Positions 62,854-64,000 of a stretch of 64,000 bases of DNA are shown piece after piece; position 1 is the first letter of the stretch, and each line of letters opens with the position of its first letter. Source of the DNA: Thalia democratica (taxonomy: Eukaryota); the NCBI GenBank assembly GCA_965202585.1, contig OZ241831.1:5332001-5396000 (forward strand), written 5' to 3'. Below the pieces are notes generated by a model. The model ran no database searches, was not told the DNA's origin, and saw only the letters and a program-made list of their open reading frames with translations. Position numbers and translations under genes: made by a program.

Positions 62854-64000
62854 GTCTAGAGGGTAACCTAAAGTCGCAAAGATTCTTTCCACATTTGATA
62901 ATTCTGTTTCTAAATATTTTTCAGAACAAATTTTCATTGCTCTATATGTAAGGCAACTGATTAGATTTAGTTTTTGTCTCATTGGACTGTATGAGTTATA
63001 AGGGACATAGTCCCCACTGAAGGTACTTTTTCTAAAAATGTTCGTATAGAACATTTGATTCTCCCTATTGACCATAACATCTAAGAATGTTAAATTGTTT
63101 TCAGTTGCTGTTTCCATAGTAAATTCGAGGTTTGCATGCATGCTATTCAGTTTTAATAGAAATTCATCTCTGTCTTTATCGTCCTTAAAGATGGCAAACG
63201 TGTCATATACATAACGTTTGTAATAAATGGGAGAGATATCTTTTATGAGTTGTTGTTAATGGAAACCAACAAAAATGTTTGAGAGAATAGGACCATGTGG
63301 CAACCCCATTGATATACCGTCAATTTGCTTATACATATGGTTATTAAAGCTAAATTCTACTCCACAAAATGCTAATATTAATAATTCTTTGAAGACTTCT
63401 GGATTTAGGTATTTTGGAGCTAATCTGTATTTAAATAGTTCATTCACAACTAAATTAATGCACTCCTTAATCGGTAAGCTGGTAAAAAGAGACTTGATAT
63501 TGAAGGAACACATACTAATGTTTTCCTGACTGATTTTTAACTGTCTAATATCATCAGCAAAACTGAATGAGTCTTTAGTACAATAGATTGAGTATACTGA
63601 TTCTAATGGTTTCAACATTTCCACACACCATTTAGCAATCTTATGTTGCGGTGAATTAATCATTGAAAGGACTGGTCTCAGAGGTACTTTTGCTTTGTGT
63701 GTTTTTGGTAACCCATACAGTCTGGGTCTGCATGACCCGGATGGGCGTATAGCGTCATAAACGCTTGCAATGATTTTATTATTATTTTTCAAAGATAGTA
63801 ATCTTTGTTGAGTTGCACTTTCTATTTTTTGGGTATTATCACAATTATTCGCTGGACCCAATTTTACAAATTTATGGGTGTCCAATAGGATATCATTCAT
63901 TTTTGCCAGGTAATTGTACTAAATTTACTTTTTATAAATAATTACTGTACAACAGATTCTCTAGTTTGACATTCAAATGAAAACTTCTTTTTACTTAAGA
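62854..64000 (-). mobile_element. Penelope-like retroelement, reverse transcriptase portion (pseudogenised)
   Basis: LYGLPKTHK...PLRPVLS...DSFSF...SFNIKSLFTSLP...YKQIDGISMG...ILSNIFV, a premature TAA, catalytic motif reading YVYD, then LTFLDV...FRKST; degenerate sequence continues to the window edge. Confidence 0.92.

Noticed and set aside
1-64000. tRNA, rRNA or snRNA genes
   Set aside because: No cloverleaf with T-loop GTTCGA context or other recognisable RNA-gene signature was seen; a covariance-model search was not run.

Overview
AT-rich, intron-containing animal genomic DNA. It is probably an invertebrate chordate such as an ascidian (inference from the vertebrate-like Prox sequence ISPYSAASIQEGLTPQHLKK and shared intron positions). 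Left to right: (1) a Prospero/PROX gene on the minus strand, with 7 coding exons rebuilt by hand (776 codons; the last Prospero-domain exon was not found and probably lies left of the window), followed by about 12 kb of gene-free upstream DNA with CpG-rich islands. (2) A rearranged 20-51 kb cluster built from two gene types. One is a 10-exon, about 922-aa, Toll-like-ectodomain LRR membrane protein with no TIR domain (31379-46306, +). The other is three intact, intronless paralogs of a roughly 390-aa cytosolic protein that appears to consist of three thioredoxin folds without any CxxC motif. One paralog is nested in intron 4 of the LRR gene, one is in a downstream direct duplication with an orphan LRR exon, and one is in an inverted duplication with decayed LRR exons 8-10. 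(3) A cluster of nested MITEs. (4) The first coding exon of an AK3-like adenylate kinase, whose intron holds a dead Penelope retroelement split by a 3.3-kb non-autonomous hAT element with a perfect 8-bp TSD. The best candidate for an undescribed system is the TIR-less LRR receptor plus redox-dead triple-thioredoxin cassette. All exon structures, alignments and counts were done by eye; no database search was run.
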